This document shows positions 9,150 to 22,070 of a stretch of 24,784 bases of DNA, one piece after another. How positions within the stretch are numbered: the stretch's first letter is position 1; each line of letters begins with the position of its first letter. The translations under genes were made by a program, and so were the position numbers. The notes beneath the pieces are model-generated. The model saw nothing but the letters and a program-made list of their open reading frames with translations. It searched no databases and was not told the DNA's origin. Origin of the DNA: a bacterium (GTDB lineage: Bacteria > UBA8248); assembly GCA_965213685.1 (NCBI GenBank), contig CBDBZY010000006.1, forward strand, positions 1 through 24,784. The letters run 5' to 3'.

Positions 9150-10421
9150 CTAGCTCCCGCCCCCGACGCGCGCGAGGGCGCCCACCGGAGGTTCGTTTTT
9201 CGTCAACTCCCGAAGCGCCTCGCTCGCGTATGCCCCAGGCGGCAGAGTGAACCCCAGGCGCAGGCCGCCGTTTTCCGCGCGCACGCTCACCTCTTTCATT
9301 TGTACACGATACGGGCGCCTAGAGCCATGCAGCCCCAACCGCGCCAGCCCCTCGACGACCCCGCGTCCATCGACGCCCAAGGATTCTAGCACGCTCCGCT
9401 CCAGGTTTTCCGGCTCCCCGCGCGCCTCCAGCAGGTTTCGGCCGATCAGCGGCCCGGCCGGGCTGACCTCGAAACGCGCCAGCCCGCGCGCCTCCTTCCC
9501 GGGGGCGCCCGCCCTCCTGGCCCTCCCCGTCTCGTGGTGAAACAGCGCGTCGCCCGCCCAGACGCGGTCGTGGGCGCGCGCCTCGAGCCTCCGCGCCAGG
9601 CAGGAGTTGAAAACGGCCGCCTGAAGCGCGCCGCCATACAAAACCCTCTCCCGCAGGGGAATCGCGGCGACCGCCGCCTGTGCCGAGGCGCCCGCCTCCA
9701 AGCGGGAAAGCGCGCGCCTCTCCGCGACCCAGGACGCCGGATAGAGCCGCCGCGCCCGCGCGAACTCGCCCGCCTCGTGCCTCCGGGCGGCCTCCATGAG
9801 GCGAGCGTCGACCTCCGGGGGCGCGGAGGAGAACCTCGCGACGCCCACCAGCGCGCTCAAGGCACCCGCCCAGTCTCCCCGCGCGAGCGCGAGGCCGATT
9901 CGCGCCGTATGGCCATGAACGCCGAACCTCTGATCGCCAAACGCGTTGGGCAGCCCCCGCGCGGCGAGACAGTCCAGAATTCCCCGCGCCTTCCGCTCTC
10001 CGTCCGGGGCGACGTCGCGCACCAGGATGTCGAAGCGATTCCCCAGAAGCGCGCCCCGCCTGATCCTGGTCCGGCCCCGCGTCGCCTCCAGAACCCGAAC
10101 GTCGCCCCCCTCCTCCGCCCTCCGGATGGCGTCCCGAACGTCCCGCGCCTTCGCCGGAAAGGAAAACCACTGCCTCGTCACCGCACCGGCGTCTTTCAGC
10201 CCGGCACAGCCCGCCGCCTCCTCCGCCAGGTTCAGCGAGCGGCACAGGACGCGCAGAGCCTCCAGGGTCGAGATTCCCCGCTTCTCCACCCACAGATACA
10301 GATGCTCCCCATCCCCGCTGGGCCGGGCAAGGGGAATTTCCTCCACGCGAAAATCCTCGGGCCGGACGCGCAGCCGCCCGCCCACGCCGGCCGCCGCCTC
10401 CGTGAGATACGCCCCCGCCAT
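9150..10421 (-). CDS. truD: tRNA pseudouridine(13) synthase TruD
   Basis: PEDFRVEE, GEHLYLWVEK, AGLKD (catalytic Asp), AVTRQW, GNRF, PNAFGDQRFG and FTLPPGAYAS. Confidence 0.93.
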   Translation of the reverse strand: MAGAYLTEAAAGVGGRLRVRPEDFRVEEIPLARPSGDGEHLYLWVEKRGISTLEALRVLCRSLNLAEEAAGCAGLKDAGAVTRQWFSFPAKARDVRDAIRRAEEGGDVRVLEATRGRTRIRRGALLGNRFDILVRDVAPDGERKARGILDCLAARGLPNAFGDQRFGVHGHTARIGLALARGDWAGALSALVGVARFSSAPPEVDARLMEAARRHEAGEFARARRLYPASWVAERRALSRLEAGASAQAAVAAIPLRERVLYGGALQAAVFNSCLARRLEARAHDRVWAGDALFHHETGRARRAGAPGKEARGLARFEVSPAGPLIGRNLLEARGEPENLERSVLESLGVDGRGVVEGLARLGLHGSRRPYRVQMKEVSVRAENGGLRLGFTLPPGAYASEALRELTKNEPPVGALARVGGGS

Positions 10422-10586
10422 TCTCGCCTCCCGCCCCCGGGGAAATCGTTTTCTCGCTCCCCCTCATCCCTCCCGCCAGGGGGTTTGGCTGTATTCATGC
10501 ATCCGATTGGGGGCTATACTCCCGTATCTTGCCGCGCACGTCCGCACGCGGCCGGCCCGCCGCTCCCGATCTGACGAGGAGTCTCC

Positions 10587-11105
10587 ATGTCCACCCTTTT
10601 CGACAAGACGACGCTCGTCCTGCTGGTCATGGCGGCGGGCCTGGCGTTCCTTGCGTACCAGAAAACCGGGGAGCTTCCCTGGGCACCCGCCGGACGCGCG
10701 GGTGCCCTGATCGTGAACATCCTTCCCAAAATCGTCATCGGCATGTTCATCGGCGCGCTCATGGTCGAGGCGCTTCCGCAAGAAATCCTGCAAAACTGGC
10801 TCTCCGACCGCTCGGGCTGGCGCGGCATCCTCCTCGGCTGGGTCGCGGGGTGCATGCTGCCCGTGGGCGCGCCCTTCGTGCTGTATCCCATCGTGGCCGG
10901 GCTCCTCCAGGGGGGCGCGGGGGTCGGGCCGATGGTGACGCTGATCACCGCTTCGTCCCTCATCGGCCCGGTGCGCACGTTCGTGTATGAAGTCCCCATC
11001 ATCGGAACCGAGTTTTTCCTGTTCCGCATCATCGCCGTCTTCTGGGTTCCCCCCGTCGCGGGTGCGCTGTCGCAGGTGGTGGTGCGCATCCTCCGCGGAG
11101 GCTGA
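10587..11105 (+). CDS. Small multi-pass membrane protein, probable half-size permease (DUF318/ArsP-like)
   Basis: GAGGAG RBS; 4-5 hydrophobic segments; LPQEILQNWL...GWRGILLG...P.G.PF..YP...LL..GAG.GP....IT......P.R...E pattern. The family call is from motif recall only. Confidence 0.7.
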   Translation: MSTLFDKTTLVLLVMAAGLAFLAYQKTGELPWAPAGRAGALIVNILPKIVIGMFIGALMVEALPQEILQNWLSDRSGWRGILLGWVAGCMLPVGAPFVLYPIVAGLLQGGAGVGPMVTLITASSLIGPVRTFVYEVPIIGTEFFLFRIIAVFWVPPVAGALSQVVVRILRGG

Positions 11106-11151
11106 GCCGCGCCGGACGCGGAAGCGGAAAGCGCACCCCGCGCGACGCGCT

Positions 11152-12078
11152 TCAGGCGTCGCCCGTCCGGTTCGGGCTCCGTCCGCCGCGCCTGGGGATT
11201 TCGACCGGCAAATCTTCCCTGTCGCCCCATTCCTTCCAGGAGCCGAGATAGTTTCTGATTCGCGGGTAGCCGAGCAGCCGATAGACGAGATAGGCGTGGG
11301 CCGAGCGGTATCCGCCCTGGCACAGGGGCACGATTTCCTTGTCGGGCGTCAGTCCCTTCGGTTCGAGCAGCTCCACCAGCTCGGCGGCCGGCCGCAACGA
11401 CCCGTCGTCCGCAAGCGCCTCCCTCCACTCGAGGTGCACCGAGCCCGGAACGGCGCCGCCGCGCGCGGCCCGCACGTTTTCGGCGAAATACTCGCCCTCC
11501 GAGCGGGTGTCGTGAATCCGGACTTCGGAATCGTCCAGATGGGCCAAAATGTAGTCCGCCGTGGCGATGCGGTCCGCCTCATACGGCTTGAGGCGACTCG
11601 CGAACGAGGTTCTCAGGATGCGCCTGTGGCCGCTGGCGCGCGCCTCGTAGGGGCCGCCCGCCATCGGCCAGGCCTCGCGCGTGACGGGCAGGCCCTCCGC
11701 CTTCCACGCGGCGATGCCGCCATCCAGGATGTGCGCGTCCCCATGGCCGAGATACTCCAGAAACCAAAACCCGCGCGCCGCGCGGAACCCCGAGTCGTCC
11801 TGGTAGAACACCACCGTCTTGTCGTAATCCACGCCCCGTATCTCCATGAGATACGCGAGCATCCAGGTGAAGGCGGCCAGCGGGCGGGGCGATGTGTCGT
11901 TGAGCGAGATTCCGTACAAATCCAGGTGCGCGGCGCCCTCGATGTGGCCCGCGCAAAAATCCGGCGCCGGGCGGGCGTCAATGATGACGAGGTCGTCGCC
12001 CTTCCGTTCCCCGATGCGATCCTGGAGCTGCGCGGGCGTGAGGGCGAGGCCCGGGTTCGCGTACCCTTTCGCGTTCAT
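11152..12078 (-). CDS. Tandem-domain rhodanese (thiosulfate/3-mercaptopyruvate sulfurtransferase family)
   Basis: GYANPGL, IIDARP...GHIEGA, ILDGGIAAWKAEG, DTRSEGEY, active-site loop CQGGYRS and the NYLGSWKEW...LP C-terminal signature. Confidence 0.93.
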   Translation of the reverse strand: MNAKGYANPGLALTPAQLQDRIGERKGDDLVIIDARPAPDFCAGHIEGAAHLDLYGISLNDTSPRPLAAFTWMLAYLMEIRGVDYDKTVVFYQDDSGFRAARGFWFLEYLGHGDAHILDGGIAAWKAEGLPVTREAWPMAGGPYEARASGHRRILRTSFASRLKPYEADRIATADYILAHLDDSEVRIHDTRSEGEYFAENVRAARGGAVPGSVHLEWREALADDGSLRPAAELVELLEPKGLTPDKEIVPLCQGGYRSAHAYLVYRLLGYPRIRNYLGSWKEWGDREDLPVEIPRRGGRSPNRTGDA

Positions 12079-12090
12079 CGCAGCGGCGCC

Positions 12091-12606
12091 TCACCGAAAC
12101 TCGCGCGGGCTGAGCGGCTCGAGCCTGTCCGTGAGCGCCCGCGTCGTGGGCGACGCCTGCAGCGGGCGGACATACACCTTCGAGCGTCCCTCGGCAGAGA
12201 CGAAGCGATAGCTCAGCTTGGCGACCTGGGCGTAGTTGTACCAGACGTGCGTGTTGCGCTGGCCGGCGGCGGCCAGAACCAGATGAATCATCTCTATTGC
12301 ACCGCCGGGCCGGGTGACGATCTCCAGCCGGTCGATCTCGCGGCCGAAGGTCTCGGCCTTTCCCGTCGCCAGCGTGATGGTGGCGATGAGGTCCAGGGGG
12401 CGGGGCGGGACGGCGGGGGACATCCCCGGCGGCGGCGTCGCGGCGGGAGAGACGGCGGCGGGCGGACCGAGAGGCGCGCGGAGCGGGGCGGGAGGAGATT
12501 GCGACGGAGCGGGAGGCGGAGGCGTCAAGGACTGCGCCCCGGCGACGGACCCCAAGAGCGCAACCCCCAGCACGGGAAGCAGAAGGCGCAGGGATGTTTT
12601 TTTCAT
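12091..12606 (-). CDS. Hypothetical exported protein (signal peptide, Pro-rich linker, small beta-rich domain)
   Basis: MKKTSLRLLLPVLGVALLGSVAGA-Q signal peptide from ATG 12606; GC3-rich codons; stop 12 nt before the rhodanese start. Confidence 0.75.
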   Translation of the reverse strand: MKKTSLRLLLPVLGVALLGSVAGAQSLTPPPPAPSQSPPAPLRAPLGPPAAVSPAATPPPGMSPAVPPRPLDLIATITLATGKAETFGREIDRLEIVTRPGGAIEMIHLVLAAAGQRNTHVWYNYAQVAKLSYRFVSAEGRSKVYVRPLQASPTTRALTDRLEPLSPREFR

Positions 12607-12683
12607 CAAAGGCCGTGTCCTCTCTCTTTTTTCTTCGGGGAGCTCCGTTTTGCGCGTTCGATGGCGCGGGCGGGCATGATACC

Positions 12684-14120
12684 TCATTTTCGCGCATCCG
12701 CCGCACAGCGAAAGCCGTAGGCGGGCAATCGGCGCGCGGGCGCATCGCCCGTCCTGCTCGAGGAAGCCAGCGCCCACCACCCGTTCACCCAGGAACCGCC
12801 CTTGAGCGTTCGGAGCGCATGGCCGTTTCGGGAGACGGGGCGGGCGTCGCCGGGCGCTTTCCGGAAAACGTCCTCCACCCACTCCCACACGTTTCCGGCC
12901 AAATCCTCCACCCCCTGGGGGCTGGCGCCGTCCGGGCGCCGCCCCACCGCCTTTGGCCCTCCCGTATCGGGATTCAGGCCGAAAACGGCGTTCCTGCCGC
13001 GCGGCGCGGCGCCCCACGGATATCTTCTGCCCCGCCCGGCGCCCTGGGCCGCGTACTCCCATTCGGCCTCCGTGGGCAGCCGCTTTCCCGCCCACGCGCA
13101 GTAGGCGCGCGCCTCCCACCAGGTGACCCCGACCACGGGCAGGTGCGGGCCCCTGAAATGGGGCCTGCGCCAGAAGGGAGGCTCCGGCACGTTCACCGCC
13201 TTCACAAACGCAGCATACAGGGAATTGGTAACCTCAAACCTGTCCAGCCGGAAAGCCTTCACCTCGACGAGGCGGCCGCCGATCGCCCTGAGGCGCGCGC
13301 GCAACCTTCGCCCGCGCCGCCTTCGCGCCTTGGGGGCGGCGACGAATCTCGCGCCCATCCTGAAGCGCCCGCCCGGGATGTGTGCCATGTTCTCCAGGGA
13401 AGGCCCCTGGGCGGCTGGCGGCCGCCACGCCCGCCGCGCGGGCGGCGCGGGCGGCTGCGCGGGTTTTCCCATCCGGGGCTCAGGCCTTGCGGGAGGTTTC
13501 GCGACGCTGGGCGGCTTCGTCTTCTTCCGCGGCGGCGCGCCCCTCTCCCCCGGTGCGACGGGGGCGGGCAGGCCCTGGATGGCGCGCGCGGCGATCTCGT
13601 CGTCAACGTTGGCCAACTCGGGCCATCTCCCCCTGTCGAGCGAGCCGAGTAGCGCGCGGGCCTCCTCTTTCCGTCCATACCGGTACAGCAAATAGGCGAG
13701 GCCGCGGCGGGCGCTCCCGTCCTTGGGGTAGCGTCTGTTCGCCTTTTGAAAAAAGAAGAAGGCCTCATCCGGCCGCCTTGCGTCATACAGCGTCCAGCCC
13801 AGGCCCGTGAGCGCGTGGAGGCGGTCCGGCTCATGGCCGAGCGCCTCGCGGAACAGCCTCTCGGCGAGGTCGTAATTCTCCTGCCGATAGGCCCTCTCCC
13901 CCCTTTGACTCAAGGCGAGGGCGGCGGGAGACGGGGGCTCCGAAAGATCAGGCGCGGGCGCGGGTTTCGCCGGGCGGGCGGGGATGGGCGGCGCCTGCTC
14001 CCCGCCTCGCGCGGTCGGTGCCCCCCGCCGGTCCGGTGCCTCGCCCGCGCACCCGAGAACCGCGAAGGCGAGGGCGAGAAAACACGCCGCCGGTGCGCCA
14101 TCTTGTGCTTTTCGCATCAT
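12684..14120 (-). CDS. Putative lipoprotein with TPR repeats and a C-terminal FGE/sulfatase-modifying-factor-fold domain
   Basis: Lipobox-like AVLG-C; about three TPR-like repeats (GERAYRQENYDLAERLFREAL; LTGLGWTL; RRGLAYLL); FGE motifs IPGGRFRMG, DRFEVTN, PVVGVTW, KRLPTEAEWEYAA, DLAGNVWEW, KGGSW and GFRC. Confidence 0.88.
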   Translation of the reverse strand: MMRKAQDGAPAACFLALAFAVLGCAGEAPDRRGAPTARGGEQAPPIPARPAKPAPAPDLSEPPSPAALALSQRGERAYRQENYDLAERLFREALGHEPDRLHALTGLGWTLYDARRPDEAFFFFQKANRRYPKDGSARRGLAYLLYRYGRKEEARALLGSLDRGRWPELANVDDEIAARAIQGLPAPVAPGERGAPPRKKTKPPSVAKPPARPEPRMGKPAQPPAPPARRAWRPPAAQGPSLENMAHIPGGRFRMGARFVAAPKARRRRGRRLRARLRAIGGRLVEVKAFRLDRFEVTNSLYAAFVKAVNVPEPPFWRRPHFRGPHLPVVGVTWWEARAYCAWAGKRLPTEAEWEYAAQGAGRGRRYPWGAAPRGRNAVFGLNPDTGGPKAVGRRPDGASPQGVEDLAGNVWEWVEDVFRKAPGDARPVSRNGHALRTLKGGSWVNGWWALASSSRTGDAPARRLPAYGFRCAADARK

Positions 14121-14124
14121 TCGC

Positions 14125-16563
<2,439 letters not shown>

Positions 16564-16789
16564 CTTGCGAAAATTCCCCTTTGCGACGGCGGAGAAGGCG
16601 CGACGGCGACAAAGCGCGGAACGCTGGAGAGGGGCGAACCCGGGCGGGCCCGCCCTGGCGTTTTACACCATGAGAATCATCGTCATCACAAACAAAAACG
16701 ATCTCTTGCGGTGATTTCGGGGAAGTCGGCGGCGGGGGCCGGCGGCGGCCCTTTTTTTTCTCTCCCCCCTCCCCATCAGGGGGCGAAGT

Positions 16790-19309
<2,520 letters not shown>

Positions 19310-19318
19310 CTATCCCTT

Positions 19319-20455
19319 TCAGGTGTGGTTCGGGCGCGTCCGGCCCACCTCTTCCACCACTCCATCGTGAACCAGGAAATTCTTTCCCCCCGCGTCCCCC
19401 GCCCGCCCGGGCGGCCGCTCCGCCGAGGTGATGAAGGTCTGCGTCCCCAGGGAACCCAGAAACGTCAACACCCTCCGCTTTCTGTTCGCGTCCAGCTCGG
19501 AGCCCAGATCGTCCAGCAGCACGATGGGACCCTCCTTTTTCCTGTCCTTGTACTCCTCGGCGTTCGCGGACACCAGCAGGATCGTCATCAGCCGCTGCTC
19601 GCCCTGCGAGGCGACGTCCCGCGCCCGGTGCCCGTCCCACGACAACCGAAAATCATCGAGATGGGGGCCCCAGAGGGTCGTCCTCCTCGTCCGCTCCTCG
19701 TCCGCCACTCTCCGGGCCGCCGCGCACAGGCCCTCCCGTATCTCCTCCTCGCCCGCTCCATCCCCAAGCCGCAGGCCATTCGCCTCATACCCCACGGACA
19801 GCCTGGCCTGCCGCGCTTCGCCGAACAGGCCCTCGAGACGACCCAGGCGACTTTCCAGTGATTGCATGTATCTTTTCCTGCGGGCGACGATCCGGGCGGC
19901 GACCTCCGTCAACCTCTCCCGCCAGACCCGAAGCATACCAGATTCGCCCTCGTTCCTCAAAAGCCAGTTTCTCTCCGAGAGGATTTTCGCATACCTCCTA
20001 GAATCCTCTATGTGCAGCGGCTCGACGGCCGCTATCGCCCTGTCGAAGAAGCGCCGCCGCACAGCCGGTCCCTCCTTGATGATGCCCGGCGTCTCCGGAA
20101 AGAAGACGATAACGTGCGAGCTCTCCAGGTAGGGCATCAGCCCCTGCACCTCGCGCCCGTCTTTCTTGTATCTCCTGTCGCGGCCCTGAAACGCGGCCTC
20201 CAGCCTGATCTCCCGCCCGCCCCCATCGTCGAGGAACGCACCGGACGCATACATCCCCCCCTGTGCGTGCCGAACCATCTTCTCCCTGGAAACCCGGCGA
20301 AACGAGCGCAGGTGGGACAAAAAGTAGATGGCCTCGAGCAGATTCGTCTTGCCCGCCCCGTTGTCTCCGAAAATGTAGTTGAATCCTTCATGGGGCCGGA
20401 ATTCGGCGCGCGCGTAGTTCCGGAAATTCTTGAGCGTCAGGGACGTGAGGCGCAA
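19319..20455 (-). CDS. recF: DNA replication/repair protein RecF
   Basis: TTG start; LKNFRNY, Walker A GDNGAGKTN, RRRFFD, GPHLDD, SQGEQR and Walker B LLDDLGSELD. Confidence 0.96.
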   Translation of the reverse strand: MRLTSLTLKNFRNYARAEFRPHEGFNYIFGDNGAGKTNLLEAIYFLSHLRSFRRVSREKMVRHAQGGMYASGAFLDDGGGREIRLEAAFQGRDRRYKKDGREVQGLMPYLESSHVIVFFPETPGIIKEGPAVRRRFFDRAIAAVEPLHIEDSRRYAKILSERNWLLRNEGESGMLRVWRERLTEVAARIVARRKRYMQSLESRLGRLEGLFGEARQARLSVGYEANGLRLGDGAGEEEIREGLCAAARRVADEERTRRTTLWGPHLDDFRLSWDGHRARDVASQGEQRLMTILLVSANAEEYKDRKKEGPIVLLDDLGSELDANRKRRVLTFLGSLGTQTFITSAERPPGRAGDAGGKNFLVHDGVVEEVGRTRPNHT

Positions 20456-20698
20456 GAGATATTCTCAGGCGAGGTTCTTTTTGTGACGAACATAACATCT
20501 AACAAGCAGTAACAGTAGGGGCGGTGGATTTGTGGAAAACGGCGCAAGTGATTGAGAAGAGAACGGTTGCGCGCAGGATGCTGTGTGGGTTTCGGCGTGG
20601 ACGGGGGCGTGACGCAGGGTGTTCTTCGGCGGGCCGCGATGAAGCCAGCGGTTATGATGCGGTTATCCACAGTCTTTTCCACTGCTGTCAGTGGATTT
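20456..20698. other. oriC: Chromosomal replication origin (oriC), unwinding part downstream of dnaA
   Basis: Perfect DnaA box TTATCCACA (20663-20671), TTTTCCACT (20675-20683), overlapping boxes TTTTCCACA/AAATCCACC on the minus strand (20523-20539), GC motif, DnaA-trios 20501-20518 and an AT-rich flank. Gene orientation switches around dnaA. Confidence 0.9.
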
Positions 20699-22019
20699 TT
20701 TGCTGAAGCGTCTGGACGGCGAGTGCGATGGAGCGATCCGTTCTCATGAGCCGCCTGATCTTGTTGGTGGAGTGGATCACCGTCGAGTGATCCTTCCCGC
20801 CGAAGCGCCGCCCGATCTCCGTGGTCGAGGCGCGGGTGAATTCCCTGGAGAGGAACATGGCGATCTGCCGGGGGACGGTGAAGCAGCGCGATCGGTTCTT
20901 GGATTTCAGGTCGGCGACCCGTATATCAAAATGATCGGCGACGATTCTCTGGATGTTGTCCACCGAGGAGTTGTGGGCAGGGTCCCGGATGATGCCCTGC
21001 AACACCTCCTGTGCGACGGGCAGGTCGATCTCGATGCTGTGCAAGGAGGCGTGGAACTGTATCTTGACGAGGCATCCCTCGAGCTCCCGGATGTTGGAGC
21101 GAACCTTCTCGGCGATGAAGTGCGCGACCTCGCGGGCGAGGCGGAGCTTCTGCTCGTCCGCTTTTTTTTCCAGGATGGCCACCCGGGTCTCGAAGTCGGG
21201 CGGGCGGATGTCCGCCATCATCCCCCACACGAAGCGCGCCCGCAGGCGATCCTCCAGCCCCGGAGTGTCCTTCGGCATCTTGTCGCTCGTGATGATGATC
21301 TGCCTTCTGCTCTCGTGCAGGGCGTTGAAGGTGAAGAAGAACTCCTCCTGCGTGCGCTCCTTGCCCGCGATGAACTGGATGTCGTCTATCATCAGCGCGT
21401 CCACCTTGCGGTACTTGCTTCGGAACGCGGCCATCTGGTTTCGCCGGATGGAGGCGATGAGCTCGTTGATGAAGTTCTCCGCCGAGGTGTAGAGGACGCG
21501 CGCCTCCGGGCGCTGCTCGAGGATGCGGTCGGCGACGGCGTGCAGCAGATGGGTCTTTCCCAGGCCCACGCCGCCGTAGATGAAGAGCGGGTTGAGCGTG
21601 GCGCCCATCCCGTCCGCCACCCGAAGGCTGCAGGCGTGCGCGAACTCGTTCGCGCCGCCCACCACGAAGTTGTCGAAGCGGTATCTGGGGTTCAGGAAAT
21701 CCGGGCGCTCGGGCGGCGCCTGGCGCCTCTCCCGCGCCTCCTCCCGGATCGGCGCGCTCGGTGCGCGCGCGATGACCTCTCCGTCGCCCGCCGAGAGGGT
21801 GAGCGCAACGTTCGGCCCCGCCTCCTGCTGGAGGATGTCCGTTAGAATCCCCCAATACCGCGAGCGTAGGGTGTCCGCGGTGAACGGGTCGGGCGCCCGT
21901 ATCGCCAGGGAGGATTCGCTCGCGCTGATCTCCTGGATGCCGGCGAACCAGCGGCCAAACGTCTGGGGGGAGACCTCTTCGCGAATTCTTTCCGTGCAAC
22001 GATCCCACAGGTTCGTCAT
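20688..22019 (-). CDS. dnaA: Chromosomal replication initiator DnaA
   Basis: LNPRYRFDNFVVG, NPLFIYGGVGLGKTHL, IDDIQF, QEEFF, NIRELEG and domain IV GGKDHSTVIH. Start taken at MTNLW (22019) because the upstream ORF extension runs through DnaA boxes. Confidence 0.98.
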   Translation of the reverse strand: MTNLWDRCTERIREEVSPQTFGRWFAGIQEISASESSLAIRAPDPFTADTLRSRYWGILTDILQQEAGPNVALTLSAGDGEVIARAPSAPIREEARERRQAPPERPDFLNPRYRFDNFVVGGANEFAHACSLRVADGMGATLNPLFIYGGVGLGKTHLLHAVADRILEQRPEARVLYTSAENFINELIASIRRNQMAAFRSKYRKVDALMIDDIQFIAGKERTQEEFFFTFNALHESRRQIIITSDKMPKDTPGLEDRLRARFVWGMMADIRPPDFETRVAILEKKADEQKLRLAREVAHFIAEKVRSNIRELEGCLVKIQFHASLHSIEIDLPVAQEVLQGIIRDPAHNSSVDNIQRIVADHFDIRVADLKSKNRSRCFTVPRQIAMFLSREFTRASTTEIGRRFGGKDHSTVIHSTNKIRRLMRTDRSIALAVQTLQQKIH

Positions 22020-22070
22020 GACAGCACAAGTCCATGCATACAGGTTGTTTTCCGCGCGCCGGCCATTGAA

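Noticed and set aside
11103-11105. TGA stops in the sulfur-related genes as possible selenocysteine codons
   Set aside because: The stops fall at natural protein ends, the catalytic Cys codons are intact, and no SECIS-like hairpin was evident.
12400-12530. GGCG/GGAG-rich repetitive-looking DNA
   Set aside because: Low-complexity coding for the Pro-rich linker; no regular repeat unit and not a CRISPR array.
12684-12810. C-terminal FGE/C-type-lectin end as a diversity-generating retroelement variable region
   Set aside because: No template repeat copy and no reverse transcriptase gene seen in the window.
12607-13119. 342-aa version of the hypothetical protein starting at 13119
   Set aside because: Overlaps the FGE gene out of frame; the signal peptide begins at ATG 12606.
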